From contig CAWDVR010000002.1 in NCBI GenBank assembly GCA_963805975.1, forward strand, positions 832,001 through 896,000: DNA of 64,000 bases, written 5' to 3'. The notes under the pieces are model-generated. The model had not been told where the DNA came from. It made no database searches and saw only the letters and a program-made list of their open reading frames with translations. Positions within the stretch are counted from its first letter, which is position 1; every line of letters starts with the position of its first letter. This DNA comes from an uncultured Acidobacteriota bacterium (GTDB lineage Bacteria > Acidobacteriota > Thermoanaerobaculia > Multivoradales > SZUA-115). Of the stretch, positions 61,794 through 64,000 are shown piece after piece. Made by a program: the position numbers and the translations under genes.

Positions 61794-64000
61794 TCAGGGC
61801 GTGTAGGTCACCGTGAGCTGCGGCCGGTTGACCACGGTGCGCGTCTCGCCGGGGTAGAAGCCAATGTAGTCGTAGCCCAGGTCGTCGTTGTCGTCCAGCG
61901 TGCAGTAGACCCGTAGTTGGGTCGTGCCGGTCTTGTTGACCGCGGCGAGGCCCGCCGCGTTGAGGGCGCCGGTCGAGGCCGAGCCGTTCGAGGCCGGGCT
62001 CGACATCGTCGCCACCTGGTTCGCGGTGGCCGCGGCCTGCCAGTCGGCAAAGGCGAAGGCGGTCGAGCCGCCGAAGCCGCCGGTCGAGATGTCCGCGACG
62101 CAGGAGCCGTGGGTGGTGAAGGGGCTGGTGCCGGAGATGGTGCCGCGCACCAGGCGCAGGGTGGCGGCGGTGATCGTCGCCGTGTCCGGGATCGAGGAGG
62201 TGTCGAAGGAGACGATCGACTTGTACTGCTCGTCGACGTTGGTGTCGCCGATCCGCAGCGCGGCCGTGTTGTTGTCGGTCGAGTTGCCGCCGCCGCCCAC
62301 GTTGGTCGTCTCGCCGCTCTCCCAGATGCCGGCCGTCCTGCGCCGCCACCGAGTTGAAGGTGACGGTGACGGGGGTCCCCCCGCCGACGCTGGTGACGGT
62401 GACCGGGATCTCGTTCGAGGTCAGCGTCGCGCCGCAGCCGGGGGTGGTGCGCTCCACCAGGAAGTAGCTGCCGGTGGCCGGGAAGTGGGCACAGTTGAGC
62501 TGAGTAGGTGGTCCCCGTCTGGCCGGAGAGGTTGGTGATCGCGCCGCCCGACACCGTGCGGTAGCCCCACTGGTGGGCGCTGGTGCCGCCGCCGGTGTCG
62601 GTCACCGTCGCGGTGCCGCCCAGGCACGGGCTGCCGATCGTGGTGCTGCCGGCCACGGCGATCGTCACGTTGGAGAGCGGCGGCGCGATCGACACCGTCG
62701 CGCTGCCGGCGCCCGGCTGGTTGCAGGTGGCGTTCGACAACGCTGGTGAGCGAGTAGGTGGTGGCGCTGCTGGGAGACACCGAGCGCGTCGCCGGGGTCG
62801 AGCTGACGCCGCTCTGTACGACGCCGTCCGACCAGGTGAGGGTCCACGGCCCGGTGCCCAGCAGATCCACCGTCAGCGTGGCCGGGCTGCCGGAGCAGAC
62901 CGCGGTCGAGCCGGAGACCTTCGCCGGGACGGCGCAGCCCAGGTCGAGGCGGCCGTGGCCGTAGACGTTGTTGGGCACCGCGCCCGCCGGGCTGCTGCAG
63001 GTGGTGGAGCCGAGGGTGATCGGCTTGGCCGACGAGGTGAGCCGGCTCTCGATCGCGGTGACGTTGCCGGAGAGCGACGGGAAGGCCGACAGCAGGAGCG
63101 CCACGCCGCCGGCCACGTGCGGCCCCGCCATCGAGGTGCCGGAGAGCGAGGAGTAGGCGGTGTCGCTGGTGCGGTAGGAGGAGCGGGTGCTGGTGCCGGG
63201 GGCCATGATGTCCGGCTTGATGCGGTTGCTGCCGTCCGCCGTGACCGGGCCGCGGCTGCTGAAGCTGGCGACCGTGTCCGTGCCGGTGTTGAGCGCGCCG
63301 GTGGTGAACGAGGGATCGTAGAAGCTCGGCGGGTCGACGATCGTCGAGCAGCCCGAGCCCGAGTTGCCGGCCGAGACCTCCATCACGATGCCGGCGGTGC
63401 GGGTGTTGGAGACCCCGGTGAGGAGGATGTTGGGCGTGGTGCAGCCCTCGCTCGCCGGGCAGCCCCAGGAGTTGACGGTGACGTGCGGGGCCTTCGCCGG
63501 ATCGCCCTGGCTGGGCGTGCCGCCCACCGGGTAGGGCGCCAGGAAGAACTCCATGCACTCGAGATAGGTAGTGGGCGTGCCGGCACCCTGACGTTCATGT
63601 TGCGGCAGCCGATCCACTTCGCGCCCGGCGCCATACCGACCTGGTTGGCGCCGTCGGCGCCCACCGCGGTGCCCATGGTGTGGGTGCCGTGGCCGTTGTC
63701 GTCGCAGGGCGCGTCGAGTTGGCGCCGCAGACGCCGCCGCCGCTGTGGATCGAGTCGTGCCAGTTGTAGTCGTGGCTGGCGGTGGTGCCGTTCCAGCCGC
63801 GGTACATGTTCTTGAGCGCGGCGTGGGTCCAGCGGTAGCCGGTGTCGGCGCCGCCCACGACGATGCCCTGGCCGGTGTAGCCGAGGCCCCAGACCTGCGG
63901 CGCCCGCACGTAGGAGATGCCGGGCTCGGCGGCGAGGATCGCCTTCTCCGACCATTCCGGATTGAACTCGAGGGGCAACGGCTCGTGGGGCTCGGGGATG
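61794..64000 (-). CDS. Secreted S8 (subtilisin/bacillopeptidase F-like) serine protease with C-terminal beta-rich domains; 5' end outside window; about five frameshifts
   Basis: Catalytic triad ADTG / DDNGHGTHTMG / SGTSMAGPHVAG plus NSWGC, SAGNSG, FSSRGP, KPDIMAPG. C-terminal SFDTSSIPDTATITAATLRL...RPQLTVTY (DNRLRE-like). Frame changes near 63710, 63590, 62740, 62500, 62330. Confidence 0.9.

Overview
GC-rich bacterial chromosomal window. Gene content and protein style suggest Acidobacteriota, probably Thermoanaerobaculia-like; this is an inference and no search was run. It begins inside alaS and ends inside a secreted S8 protease gene. Main content: (1) a dispersed phosphate-starvation neighbourhood with an OprO/P-type porin, phoU and pstSCAB, each preceded by 11-bp-periodic Pho-box-like repeats; (2) divergent from phoU, a single gene fusing ATP-cone/2-phosphoglycerate kinase to an ApgM-type phosphoglycerate mutase; (3) two small secreted peptide genes, one with 10 Cys and one with three G-x-[DE]-M-D-P-[NH]-G cores, the latter next to a zinc-finger(HxxxCxxC)/TPR-like protein; (4) a DUF2007-Ser/Thr kinase-M16 protease operon followed by a lower-GC ABC-ATPase + TOPRIM-like pair (candidate defence module); (5) tRNA-Ala(CGC) followed by an accessory stress block (katE, ECF42/YciI, DUF429-like nuclease, VapBC, ArsR-SRPBCC-AlkD, ECF sigma, CBS); (6) several toxin-antitoxin genes, REP-like palindromes and sigma54/ECF promoter motifs. 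Five genes carry frameshifts that most likely reflect assembly indel errors. No CRISPR array, rRNA, integrase or transposase was seen. Best candidates for an undescribed system: the DPxG multi-core peptide + Zn-finger/TPR pair (7183-9030) and the Pho-linked 2-PG kinase/mutase fusion (9253-11722). All family names come from motif recognition by eye.
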